From Candidatus Kaiserbacteria bacterium RIFCSPLOWO2_01_FULL_50_24 (GTDB lineage Bacteria > Patescibacteriota > Minisyncoccia > Phycocordibacterales > UBA2100), in the NCBI GenBank assembly GCA_001783335.1, contig MFLU01000019.1, positions 1 through 45,507 of the forward strand: DNA of 45,507 bases. The letters are read 5' to 3'. Each line of letters opens with the position of its first letter. The first letter of the stretch is position 1. A program made the position numbers and the translations under genes. This document shows, in pieces, positions 1-8,702 of this stretch. A model generated the notes under the pieces. The model saw nothing but the letters and a program-made list of their open reading frames with translations, did not search any database and was not told the origin of the DNA.

Positions 1-72
1 CTCGCCTTCGGCGAGGATTTCACGGGGTGTAAGAGTTTCTAAACTCGTTATTACTCGTTAAGAACCTCTAAC

Positions 73-264
73 ATGAAAAAAACCGACCTAGCAAAATATT
101 CCGTTTCCGACTTACACAAGGAGGTTGCCGAAAAGCGCTCAGCGCTTCGCACATTTCGTTTTGGTGGCGCAGGTAGCCGTACACGGAACGTCCGAGAGGG
201 AAGAGAACTGCGCAAGAATATCGCTCGCCTTTTAACAGAAGTTGCCTCGCGAAGAACAAAATAG
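73..264 (+). CDS. rpmC: 50S ribosomal protein L29
   Basis: 63 aa, LRTFRF...RELRKNIARLLT motif; directly upstream of rpsQ. Confidence 0.93.
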   Translation: MKKTDLAKYSVSDLHKEVAEKRSALRTFRFGGAGSRTRNVREGRELRKNIARLLTEVASRRTK

Positions 265-283
265 TACCATGGTGAGTCTTCCT

Positions 284-523
284 ATGAGTGATACAGAAAA
301 AGGCAAAGTATTTTCCGGCGTTGTGGTAAAAAGCGCCATGAAAGACACGGCAACGGTTGCGGTGGAGCGCTATGTAAAGCACCCGAAATACAAAAAGTAT
401 ATTCGTCGCACTAAGAAGTATCTTGTGCACGACGTTGGCAACACGGCTCTAATCGGTGACAAGGTTATGATTCGCGAAACGAGGCCCATATCCAAGCGTA
501 AGTATTTTACTCTAGTGAGATAG
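284..523 (+). CDS. rpsQ: 30S ribosomal protein S17
   Basis: GVVVKSAMKDT...HPKYKK...HD...ETRPISKRK; start could be 269. Confidence 0.96.
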   Translation: MSDTEKGKVFSGVVVKSAMKDTATVAVERYVKHPKYKKYIRRTKKYLVHDVGNTALIGDKVMIRETRPISKRKYFTLVR

Positions 524-566
524 CTTGCATTTCTACGAACTACGTTCTACACACTATCCTATCCCT

Positions 567-938
567 ATGCTCCAAGATCGTTCCATCGTTCAAATAGCAG
601 ACAACTCCGGCGGTATAACCGGTAGGGTGTTTAAAATTCTCGGCGGGACACGGAAACGTACTGCCGAAATAGGCGACGAACTCGTCCTTTCTATCCAGAC
701 CGCACAGCCAAGAAAATCGGTGAAAAAGAAAGACATACACCGCGCGGTGGTTGTGCGCCAAACCAAGGCGTTTCGTCGCAAAGACGGTTCTTACATACGA
801 TTTGACGAGAACGCCGTAGTCTTGGTGGAAAAAGACAAAAAAGAACCCAAAGCAAATCGCGTATTTGGGCCTATTCCTCGCGAGGTGATCGAGCGCGGGT
901 ATCAAAAAGTAGCGTCGCTCGCGCCGGAAATCTTATAA
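567..938 (+). CDS. rplN: 50S ribosomal protein L14
   Basis: ADNSG, RRKDGSYIRFDENAVV, RVFGPIPRE, SLAPEIL; ATG at 567. Confidence 0.97.
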   Translation: MLQDRSIVQIADNSGGITGRVFKILGGTRKRTAEIGDELVLSIQTAQPRKSVKKKDIHRAVVVRQTKAFRRKDGSYIRFDENAVVLVEKDKKEPKANRVFGPIPREVIERGYQKVASLAPEIL

Positions 939-940
939 GT

Positions 941-1252
941 ATGCGTATAAAAAAAGGCGATAAAGTCATAGTTACTGCCGGCAAAGACCGCGGGCACACA
1001 AGCACGGTTATTCGCGTTTTACCACGCAAAGACCTTGTTGTTGTGGAGGGCGTTAATGTGGTGAAAAAACATCAGCGTCGTACCGCAAAAAGCCGCAAAG
1101 GCCAAATCGTTTCGCGGCCGATGCCGGTGCATATCTCTAATATTATGATTATTGACCCAAAGTCCGGAAAACCGACACGCATCAAGATCGTTCGTGGAGA
1201 GGACGGAATGCGGAAGCGCGTGGCCGCAAAAAGCGGACAAGAACTAAAATAG
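941..1252 (+). CDS. rplX: 50S ribosomal protein L24
   Basis: IKKGDKVIVTAGKDRG KOW motif, VEGVN, PVHISN. Confidence 0.97.
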   Translation: MRIKKGDKVIVTAGKDRGHTSTVIRVLPRKDLVVVEGVNVVKKHQRRTAKSRKGQIVSRPMPVHISNIMIIDPKSGKPTRIKIVRGEDGMRKRVAAKSGQELK

Positions 1253-1281
1253 TACGTAGTTAGTAGTACGTAGAACGTAGT

Positions 1282-1827
1282 ATGAAAACAGAAACAAGCC
1301 AGAACAAAATATTCAATGCTTTGAAAGCGGAGCTTGGTTATACTAATCCGATGCAGACGCCTCGGGTGGAAAAGGTGGTGGTTTCTTCGGGTGTCGGCAA
1401 AATAAAAGATCAAAAACGCCGCGATTTTATAGCGGAGCGGCTTGCGCGCATCACGGGCCAGCGCGCGGCACCCCGTGGTGCCAAAAAAGCAGTAGCGAAT
1501 TTCAAAAGCCGCGTGGGCGATGTTGTCGGTTTCCAGGTAACACTGCGTGGGAAGTACGGCGAATCGTTTTTGCAAAAGCTTATCCATATTGTACTCCCAC
1601 GCGTAAAGGATTTTCGTGGCATCAAGCCGGACTCCATAGACGAAATGGGGAATATCACCATTGGTCTGAAAGAGCACACGGTGTTTCCGGAAACCTCGGA
1701 CGAGGACTCAAAGGATGTTTTTGGCCTCGCCGTAACCATCGCCACAACGGCAAAAAATAAAAAAGAAGCCGCGGCGTTTTTACGTCACCTCGGTCTTCCG
1801 CTTCGGGAAGCAGAAGTAAACAAATAA
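1282..1827 (+). CDS. rplE: 50S ribosomal protein L5
   Basis: PRVEKVVV, ITGQ, VTLRG, LPRVKDFRG, FPE motifs. Confidence 0.97.
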   Translation: MKTETSQNKIFNALKAELGYTNPMQTPRVEKVVVSSGVGKIKDQKRRDFIAERLARITGQRAAPRGAKKAVANFKSRVGDVVGFQVTLRGKYGESFLQKLIHIVLPRVKDFRGIKPDSIDEMGNITIGLKEHTVFPETSDEDSKDVFGLAVTIATTAKNKKEAAAFLRHLGLPLREAEVNK

Positions 1828-1900
1828 TCGCTTCGCTCATATCGCATATTCGCTCACCAATCGTGAAAGCGAGCGTTCACGATATTGCTCGCTATCGGCG

Positions 1901-1935
1901 ATAAAAAGATGACCACCGCAAGGTGGTCGTTTTCT
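1901..1935. terminator. probable bidirectional intrinsic terminator
   Basis: gatgaccacc-gcaa-ggtggtcgtt hairpin with A-run before and T-run after, between convergent rplE and the antisense ORF. Confidence 0.6.
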
Positions 1936-1936
1936 G

Positions 1937-2179
1937 TCAGGCGCAGCAATTTTTCTTTGGCGAGGGGCGGTGTTGCACAATATAGCGAATGATTTCCGTT
2001 AAATCGGATGTAGGTTTCAGGTACGTGCCTTTTTGCAGCCATAAAAATCTATATCGATAGGTGGTAAGCTCTACTTTCTGCGAGGCACGTATCGCTTTGT
2101 CCACCAGTTCGGTATCGCCGTTGGCAAGAAAATTCAACTTGTCAAAAAGCTCGCTTGTTTGCCGCGACATGACCCGCAT
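1937..2179 (-). CDS. hypothetical 80-aa protein, antisense within the spc operon
   Basis: ATG at 2179 preceded by GGGGAG SD, own sigma70-like promoter and terminator. Confidence 0.6.
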   Translation of the reverse strand: MRVMSRQTSELFDKLNFLANGDTELVDKAIRASQKVELTTYRYRFLWLQKGTYLKPTSDLTEIIRYIVQHRPSPKKNCCA

Positions 2180-2205
2180 TGGAGGCTCCCCTGTTTCTGG
2201 CGAAT

Positions 2206-2267
2206 AGTATATCACGGGAGGCAGGCAGGTACAATAGGTTGACTTTGTAGAATGTGTTATGTATATT
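2206..2267. promoter_or_regulatory. divergent sigma70-type promoter pair
   Basis: minus strand TTGTAC-17nt-TATACT with TG extension (2234..2206); plus strand TTGACT-17nt-TATATT (2239..2267). Confidence 0.6.
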
Positions 2268-2444
2268 GACCTTGCCTCGTTGGGGGCCTTGTTTTTGAGT
2301 GATCCTGGTGCGCTGGGATATCGCAGGAACAAGGTCACGCAGGGAAGCGCCATAACTTTTGCCGCAAGGTATGAGTGCAGGACTTCCGGCTCCTCCTTTT
2401 GGGCAACCCCTCGACTCCGCTCGGGGTAAAACTCTTCGAGTTTT

Positions 2445-2630
2445 ATGGCAAAAAAATCACTCATTGCGAAGGCAAAAAGAACGCCGAAGTTTTCGAGCCG
2501 CACGGTGCGGCGCTGTTTTAAGTGCGGTCGCCCGCGCGGCTTTATGCGCACGTTCAACCTGTGCCGCATTTGTTTTCGCGAAGAAGCTCTCGAAGGCCAT
2601 ATACCAGGCATAAAAAAATCCTCATGGTAA
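2445..2630 (+). CDS. rpsN: 30S ribosomal protein S14, Zn-binding short type
   Basis: 61 aa, [10 protein letters not shown]...LCRICFRE...IPGIKKSSW. Confidence 0.97.
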   Translation: MAKKSLIAKAKRTPKFSSRTVRRCFKCGRPRGFMRTFNLCRICFREEALEGHIPGIKKSSW

Positions 2631-2860
2631 TGTTTCAAATTAAAAATTAAAAGCGAAAAATGAAAAACGACAACGAAAAATTAAAAGTTAGACCCAAGGG
2701 TACCCTCGATGGGAATATAAACCGGCGCACCGGTTTCCGGCTCCTCGGCTCGGAAATGCAAAAGAGTACTTTTGCATTTCGCTCGCCCTACGTCGCCAGT
2801 AGCTTTTAACTTTTGACTGTAATTTTTACCTTTTCGTTTTTACTTTTTCATTTATTTAGT

Positions 2861-3250
2861 ATGGATCCTGTCGCAGACCTCATTGTTCGTCTTAAAAATG
2901 CCGGCGCGGCTGGCAAGCAGTCGGTTTCCATACCGTTTTCAAATTTAAAGAATGCCATTGCCGAAAAGCTGCAGGATGCGGGGTATGTTCAGGCGGTGGA
3001 AAAGAAAGGAAAGAAGGTGCGAAAAACTTTGGATATTACGCTAAAGTACGACGAGTCTGGCGCGCACGTTATTCATGACGCACGCCGCGTCTCGAAACCC
3101 GGTCGTCGCGTGTATAAAAGCGTTTTGGAGATTGTGCCGGTTCGCTATGGCCATGGGGCGCTTTTTCTGTCTACACCAAAAGGCATAAAGACCGATAAGG
3201 AGGCGCGTCAAGAGAAAGTGGGCGGTGAGGCACTTTTTGAAATATGGTAA
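2861..3250 (+). CDS. rpsH: 30S ribosomal protein S8
   Basis: MDPVADLIVRLKNA, RVSKPGRRVY, LSTPKG, GGE. Confidence 0.97.
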   Translation: MDPVADLIVRLKNAGAAGKQSVSIPFSNLKNAIAEKLQDAGYVQAVEKKGKKVRKTLDITLKYDESGAHVIHDARRVSKPGRRVYKSVLEIVPVRYGHGALFLSTPKGIKTDKEARQEKVGGEALFEIW

Positions 3251-3310
3251 GCTTCCGCCCACGATTTGGAGTTTGCGAAGCGAATTTCAAATCGTGGGTT
3301 GCGGAAGCTT

Positions 3311-3367
3311 ACCCTGTGAAATCCTTGCGCGAAGCGCAAGGACGCCCTTCGGGCGATTTCACAGGGT
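3311..3367. repeat. three-way-junction palindromic repeat (family A variant)
   Basis: ACCCTGTGAAAT...ATTTCACAGGGT enclosing two small hairpins. Confidence 0.8.
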
Positions 3368-3419
3368 GGAAGTTGTTTAGTAAAACTTATGAACACTAGT
3401 GAATTAGTCGCACTTAATA

Positions 3420-3475
3420 ACCCCAGTGAAATGCCGCTTTGCGGCTCCTCGCCTTCGGCGAGGATTTCACGGGGT
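3420..3475 (+). repeat. three-way-junction palindromic repeat (family A)
   Basis: ACCCCAGTGAAAT...ATTTCACGGGGT; 3' half identical to 1..28; near reverse complement of 17332..17387. Confidence 0.85.
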
Positions 3476-3593
3476 GTATGCCAAAGGCATATCGTGTCTT
3501 CGCTCGCGTATCATGAAAGCAAGCTTTCGCGATTCCGCTCGCTAGACACGATAAGATTTGCTAAGCTCGCTACGCTCGCTAAGAATCTCTAAC

Positions 3594-4136
3594 ATGTCTC
3601 GTCTTGGAAAACTTCCGATACCAATCCCCGCGGGAACAACCGTGTCTGTTTCTGACGGCGTAATAACCGTGAAAGGAAAAGGCGGGACCTTGTCTCGCGC
3701 TCTCCACCCGGCGATTTCCGTTTTCGTGGGAGAAAAAGAAGTGGTGGTGGCATTGGTAGCAAAAACGCGTCTCGCTCGCGCACTGTGGGGAACGTACGCG
3801 GCACATGTTCGCAATATGGTGTTAGGTGTCACGACACCGTTCGTAAAGAAACTCCAGATAGAAGGTATTGGATACAGGGCGGAACTTACGGGTTCGTCTC
3901 TGAAACTATCGGTTGGTTTTTCGCATCCGGTTCTCGCACCAGTTCCGCAAGGACTTTCCGTATCGGTAGAAAAGAATATAATCACCATCTCCGGTGCCGA
4001 TAAAGAATTAGTTGGTTCATTTGCGGCGGAGGTCCGTAGTATTAAAAAGCCGGAGCCATATAAGGGCAAAGGCATTCGGTACGAAGGCGAGATTGTTCGT
4101 GAGAAACAGGGCAAGAAAGCGGTGGTGGCCGCCTAG
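3594..4136 (+). CDS. rplF: 50S ribosomal protein L6
   Basis: MSRLGKLPI, GIGYRA, GFSHP, KPEPYKGKGIRY. Confidence 0.98.
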   Translation: MSRLGKLPIPIPAGTTVSVSDGVITVKGKGGTLSRALHPAISVFVGEKEVVVALVAKTRLARALWGTYAAHVRNMVLGVTTPFVKKLQIEGIGYRAELTGSSLKLSVGFSHPVLAPVPQGLSVSVEKNIITISGADKELVGSFAAEVRSIKKPEPYKGKGIRYEGEIVREKQGKKAVVAA

Positions 4137-4194
4137 GAAAGCAGATCAAATATCAAAAAGCAAAAATCAAAATGACAAACCAGAATGAAAAAGT

Positions 4195-4545
4195 ATGAAA
4201 ACGAATACGTCAAAAATTCAGCAACGTACGCGACGACACCGGAGGGTGCGGGCCAAAGTTTCAGGCACTGCGGTACGTCCGCGTTTGTCCGTATACAAGT
4301 CAAACATGCGGTTTGTTGCACAGATTATTGACGATGAGCGCGGGCAAACGCTCGCGGCCGTGTCTTCCTCCAAAGAAAAAGGCAAGACACCTCAAGAACG
4401 CGCAGAGAGTGCGGCGAAAACTCTTGCAAAACAGGCGCACGAGAAGGGAGTAGAGTCGGTAGTATTCGACAGAGGCGGATTTAAATATACAGGCACTGTT
4501 AAGGCGTTTGCAGATGCCGCGCGCGCTGCCGGATTACGATTTTAA
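4195..4545 (+). CDS. rplR: 50S ribosomal protein L18
   Basis: RPRLSVYKSN, AQIIDD, VVFDRGGFKY. Confidence 0.97.
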   Translation: MKTNTSKIQQRTRRHRRVRAKVSGTAVRPRLSVYKSNMRFVAQIIDDERGQTLAAVSSSKEKGKTPQERAESAAKTLAKQAHEKGVESVVFDRGGFKYTGTVKAFADAARAAGLRF

Positions 4546-4723
4546 GAAAAATAACGAGCGTTAGCGACTATATTTTTCTTAATCCTGCACCTTTTACCAA
4601 ACTATGGACAACATTACTCACAACATGATTTCACAGTACTATTCAATCTCAAACAGCGTTTCTCGCATGAAAGGTGCTGGGTGTAAGATTCTCTAATTCA
4701 TTTCATTCATAACAAAATCTAAC

Positions 4724-5317
4724 ATGGATAAAGACACGACAACACAGAAAAAAGATGGTGCGCATGGTCAGGCTCCGGGGACGGGCTCTACTGAAATGGC
4801 ACATGCGTCCGAGCGGCGAGCATATGTGCCACGCGAGAGTCGCGGTCGAATTCCACGCGGAAAGGGGCGTGGGAGGGATGACCGGCGAAGCGAGTTTGCT
4901 CAAAAGCTCATAGGGATTCGCCGCGTTGCGCGTGTTATGGCCGGAGGGCGTAGGTTTAATTTCAGTGTTGCCATGGTTCTCGGCGACAAGAAGGGGCGCG
5001 TTGGAGTCGGCGTAGGTAAGGCGGCAGACACCGCGCTTGCGATTGAAAAAGCAATGCGCGACGCGAAGCGCAATATGATTACGGTGCCTCTCACGGAAAA
5101 CAAAAGCATTTCACATAACATCGAGGCAAAGTACTGTGCCGCAGTTGTAGAGATACGCCCGTCGCCGGGGCGCGGACTTGTGGCAGGCTCTTCAGTACGA
5201 GCCGTTTTAGAACTCGGCGGCATTACTGATATAACGGCAAAGATCCTTTCGCGCAGTAAAAATTCGATTAACAATGCGCGCGCGGCGATTGAAGCATTGC
5301 GTAAGATCACGAAGTAA
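4724..5317 (+). CDS. rpsE: 30S ribosomal protein S5
   Basis: RRVARVMAGGRRFNF, GRVGVGVGKA, GLVAG. Confidence 0.97.
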   Translation: MDKDTTTQKKDGAHGQAPGTGSTEMAHASERRAYVPRESRGRIPRGKGRGRDDRRSEFAQKLIGIRRVARVMAGGRRFNFSVAMVLGDKKGRVGVGVGKAADTALAIEKAMRDAKRNMITVPLTENKSISHNIEAKYCAAVVEIRPSPGRGLVAGSSVRAVLELGGITDITAKILSRSKNSINNARAAIEALRKITK

Positions 5318-5325
5318 ATCTATGA

Positions 5326-5570
5326 TATTCCAATCTACAAATCATACGAATACTGCGAATGGCTATGAATTTACAAAAAGCACCAAATTCCAAGCACCAA
5401 ATCACAAACAAACCACAATGACCAAAATTCAAAGCACAAAACAGAATGCGTTTGGGACATTGGTATTTGGAATTTCGGTATTGTTTGGAATTTGGAATTT
5501 GGGATTTGTAATTTGTCATTCTCCTTATATTGTAACTGTTCGTATATTGGTATAAATTCGTATAATTGAC
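5326..5570. repeat. nested inverted low-complexity repeat at the usual rpmD position
   Basis: A/C-rich short-period arm (about 5385-5443) and G/T-rich complementary arm (about 5450-5515), nested in a second pair (tacgaat / attcgta). Confidence 0.7.
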
Positions 5571-5578
5571 ACATCCTT

Positions 5579-6037
5579 ATGCAGCTACACGAATTACAAA
5601 GGCCCTCTGGCATAAAGCGTGCGTATCGCCGAGTGGGTAGGGGACAGTCGTCAACGCGCGGAAAGCAATCCGGACGAGGTGGTAAGGGGCAAACTGCGCG
5701 CGCTGGGGCAAAAATTCGCCCAGAATGGCGCGATATAATCAAACGGCTTCCGAAACTTCGGGGGTGGGGCAAAAACCGCAGACGTGGCGTTGTGGCTACG
5801 CGGCCACGGCCGAAGGTTGTCTTACTTTCACGCGTGGAGAAAGCGTTTAACGCCGGGGAAGAAGTAACGCCGCGAACACTTCTTGAGAAAGGACTCATAC
5901 GCGGTGTTGGCGTATCATCACTCGTAAAAATAATCGGAAATACTCTGGTTACAAAAAAGCTTCTGCTGAAAAATATCGCCGTTTCCAAGCAAGTGCGTGC
6001 GGCGATAGAGAAGGTGGGTGGCTCTATTACTGCATAA
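5579..6037 (+). CDS. rplO: 50S ribosomal protein L15
   Basis: RVGRG..RGKQSGRGGKGQTAR, RLPK, IEKVGG. Confidence 0.96.
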   Translation: MQLHELQRPSGIKRAYRRVGRGQSSTRGKQSGRGGKGQTARAGAKIRPEWRDIIKRLPKLRGWGKNRRRGVVATRPRPKVVLLSRVEKAFNAGEEVTPRTLLEKGLIRGVGVSSLVKIIGNTLVTKKLLLKNIAVSKQVRAAIEKVGGSITA

Positions 6038-6043
6038 AATACC

Positions 6044-7318
6044 ATGATGGAAACATTTTTCAGAAAATTAAAACTTATCGTCAAAGACGAGACGTTGCGC
6101 GCGCGCGTTCTCTTTGTGCTCGCGGCGCTCGTTGTATTTCGCTTGCTTGCCGCGATACCGACGCCAGGCGTTGACATGAACGCCTTGAGCTCGTTTCTCG
6201 CGGACAATCAATTTTTTGGGCTTCTGAACATTTTCTCAGGTGGCGGATTTTCTAACCTTTCCATCGTGATGCTTGGGGTGGCGCCATACATTACCGCGTC
6301 CATCGTAATGCAGCTGATGACCGTTCTCATTCCGCGCCTGAAGCAGATGTATCAGGAAGAGGGAGACGCGGGGCGAATGCGATTCATGCAATACTCGCGC
6401 TACCTCACAGTGCCGCTCGCTTTTATTCAGGCCTTCGCGTTTCTCCTGCTCTTACAACAAAATGGCATAGTGCCATCGCTTGACGCACTCGCTCTCCTTG
6501 TCAACATATTCGTTATTGCCGGCGGTTCCATTCTTCTCATGTGGATTGGCGAGCTTATTTCCGAATTTGGCGTTGGAAATGGCGTGTCGCTCATAATTTT
6601 CGCAGGCATTGTGGCGAGTATTCCATCGTCGCTCGCGCAGTTCATATTCTCGTTTGACACTGCACAGTTGCCGGCATACATCGGTTTTACCGCTGCCGCG
6701 GCGATAATTACCGCGGGTGTTGTGTTCATCACCGAAGCGGAGCGTCCAATTCCCGTTACCTATGCGCGACGCGTGCGCGGGTCAAAAGTTCTCGGCGGCA
6801 TATCCACGTATCTTCCGCTCCGTGTAAATCAGGCGGGCGTCATGCCGATAATTTTCGCGCTCTCTATTCTTCTTATTCCGCAAATGTTCGCGACATTTCT
6901 TGCTAACACCTCTATTCCGTTCATAGCGGCGGGTGCCGCGGCGCTCGTGGCCGCATTTGCAAATCAGTGGGTATACGGCGCACTCTACTTCTTCTTTGTT
7001 TTCATCTTTACTTACTTTTACACGGCGATTACGTTCGAACCGCATCAGGTTGCAAAGAACCTGCAAAAGAACGGTGCGTTTATTCCCGGTGTGCGACCAG
7101 GGCTTACAACTGCTGACTACCTCGGCAATATCATTACGCGCATTACGCTTGTGGGGGCGCTTTTCCTCGGCACGCTGGCAATTCTACCACTCATTCTACA
7201 GGGTATAACGGGCATCACGGCCGTTACCATAGGTGGCACCGCGCTTCTCATTGCCGTCTCGGTTGTGCTTGATTTGGTAAAGAAAATAGACGCACAGACC
7301 TCAATTCGCGAATACTAA
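6044..7318 (+). CDS. secY: preprotein translocase subunit SecY
   Basis: multi-TM; GVAPYITASI, GVGNGVSLIIFAGI, AGVMPIIFA, FIPGVRPG, GGTALLI. Confidence 0.98.
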   Translation: MMETFFRKLKLIVKDETLRARVLFVLAALVVFRLLAAIPTPGVDMNALSSFLADNQFFGLLNIFSGGGFSNLSIVMLGVAPYITASIVMQLMTVLIPRLKQMYQEEGDAGRMRFMQYSRYLTVPLAFIQAFAFLLLLQQNGIVPSLDALALLVNIFVIAGGSILLMWIGELISEFGVGNGVSLIIFAGIVASIPSSLAQFIFSFDTAQLPAYIGFTAAAAIITAGVVFITEAERPIPVTYARRVRGSKVLGGISTYLPLRVNQAGVMPIIFALSILLIPQMFATFLANTSIPFIAAGAAALVAAFANQWVYGALYFFFVFIFTYFYTAITFEPHQVAKNLQKNGAFIPGVRPGLTTADYLGNIITRITLVGALFLGTLAILPLILQGITGITAVTIGGTALLIAVSVVLDLVKKIDAQTSIREY

Positions 7319-7384
7319 TTTGTATTCGCGAATGTGTGATTCACGAATCGCGAATCGCGAGTTATAATTCCTAAATCTTGAATC

Positions 7385-7990
7385 ATGAATCTTGAATCCT
7401 CGCATTCCAAACGAGTAGTAGTTATCGCTGGACCCGCCGGGAGCGGTAAGAATTCGGTAGTGCGTGACATCATGGGGCGTTGCTCCAATTGCGTGCGACT
7501 GGTAACTGCAACAACGCGCGCAATGCGCTCTGGTGAGCGTGACGGCGTTGATTATTATTTTTTTACTCCCGAGCGTTTTGATGAGAAAGTCGCCTCCGGC
7601 AACATTCCAGAGCACCGCTTTGTGCCCGCACTGAATGTGTTATATGGCACATATCTTCCGGACCTAAAGAAGCGTCTTGCCGAGAAAAACACAGTTATAT
7701 TTGCAACGGTAGATATTGAAGGTGCGCGGTATCTGAAAGACAACTATAATGCGACGACCATCTTCATCATGCCGGAATCTGTAGAGCAGTTCGAGGGTCG
7801 GCTTAAGGTGCGAAATCCGGAATGGTCTGATGGGGAGTTCAGGGTGCGCCAGGAAATAACAGAAAAAGAATTACAAGCGCATGCCGAGCAATACGACTAT
7901 CGTGTGGTGAACGCAGACGGGGAGTTGGAGGAAACCGTAGACGAGATTATCGCCATTCTCAAGAAAGAAGGATATAATTTAGTTGCGTAA
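7385..7990 (+). CDS. gmk: guanylate kinase
   Basis: GPAGSGKN P-loop; TTRAMRSGERDGVDYYF; YGT. Confidence 0.92.
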   Translation: MNLESSHSKRVVVIAGPAGSGKNSVVRDIMGRCSNCVRLVTATTRAMRSGERDGVDYYFFTPERFDEKVASGNIPEHRFVPALNVLYGTYLPDLKKRLAEKNTVIFATVDIEGARYLKDNYNATTIFIMPESVEQFEGRLKVRNPEWSDGEFRVRQEITEKELQAHAEQYDYRVVNADGELEETVDEIIAILKKEGYNLVA

Positions 7991-7992
7991 TT

Positions 7993-8595
7993 ATGTTGCC
8001 AGAACAACCGCTCACCACTGCTTTCTTCGGTGTTTCGGGAGCTGGCAAGGGAACACAAGCGGAATTGCTTGAAAACTATTTGCGTGCACACGATTCCGCT
8101 CGGGAAGTGCTACGCCCAGAAATGGGCAAGTTGGCGCGCGCCTTTATGGATACAGGCACGGCATTTGCCGAACACGCAAAGCGCATCTTGGCACGCGGAG
8201 GACTTTTGCCGTCATTTATTCCAATTTATCTTCTTACTACCTTTTTAAACGAACAATGTACTGGAAGCGAACACGTTATTCTTGACGGTGTTTCTCGTCG
8301 GGCCATGCAGGCACAAGCGTTAGATGAAATGATGCGCCTATTGGAACGGAAGCCACTTCGCGCGATAGTTCTAAATGTTTCAATGGAAAGTGCCAAACAA
8401 CGACTTTTGTTACGGGGCAGATACGATGATACGGATGAAGCTATTGAACAGCGATTTTCATGGTACGAGGAGAATGTCGTTCCATCATACCAAGAGTTGG
8501 AAAAACTTGGGTGGAACGTGTTTCACATTGACGGTGAACCGGATATTGAAACGATTCACAAAAATATTCTTTCGGTGTTAGGTTTAGAAAAATAA
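7993..8595 (+). CDS. adk: adenylate kinase (short, LID-less type)
   Basis: GVSGAGKGTQA, ILDGVSR, RGRYDDT; canonical position before map. Confidence 0.85.
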   Translation: MLPEQPLTTAFFGVSGAGKGTQAELLENYLRAHDSAREVLRPEMGKLARAFMDTGTAFAEHAKRILARGGLLPSFIPIYLLTTFLNEQCTGSEHVILDGVSRRAMQAQALDEMMRLLERKPLRAIVLNVSMESAKQRLLLRGRYDDTDEAIEQRFSWYEENVVPSYQELEKLGWNVFHIDGEPDIETIHKNILSVLGLEK

Positions 8596-8621
8596 GGAGT
8601 ATGGCGACTATATTTTTCTCA

Positions 8622-8702
8622 ACCCCCGTGAAATGCGCCTTCGGCGCTCGCCGCTTTGCAGGGTACAGTCTTGCACCCTGCTTTGCGGCGAGTTCACGGG
8701 GT
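8622..8702 (+). repeat. family A palindromic repeat with an extra nested hairpin
   Basis: ACCCCCGTGAAAT...TTCACGGGGT with inserted gcagggt..accctgc arm. Confidence 0.8.

Noticed and set aside
2283-2395. 5S rRNA or SRP RNA
   Set aside because: Size and branching are similar, but the 5S loop C CCGAAC and the SRP GGAA/AGCAG motifs are absent.
2180-2638. 233-aa version of the antisense ORF (1937..2638)
   Set aside because: The extension overlaps rpsN antisense; promoter and SD support the start at 2179.
5274-5555. ORFs on both strands between rpsE and rplO as possible L30 or membrane peptide
   Set aside because: Translations of low-complexity inverted repeats with no L30 motif.
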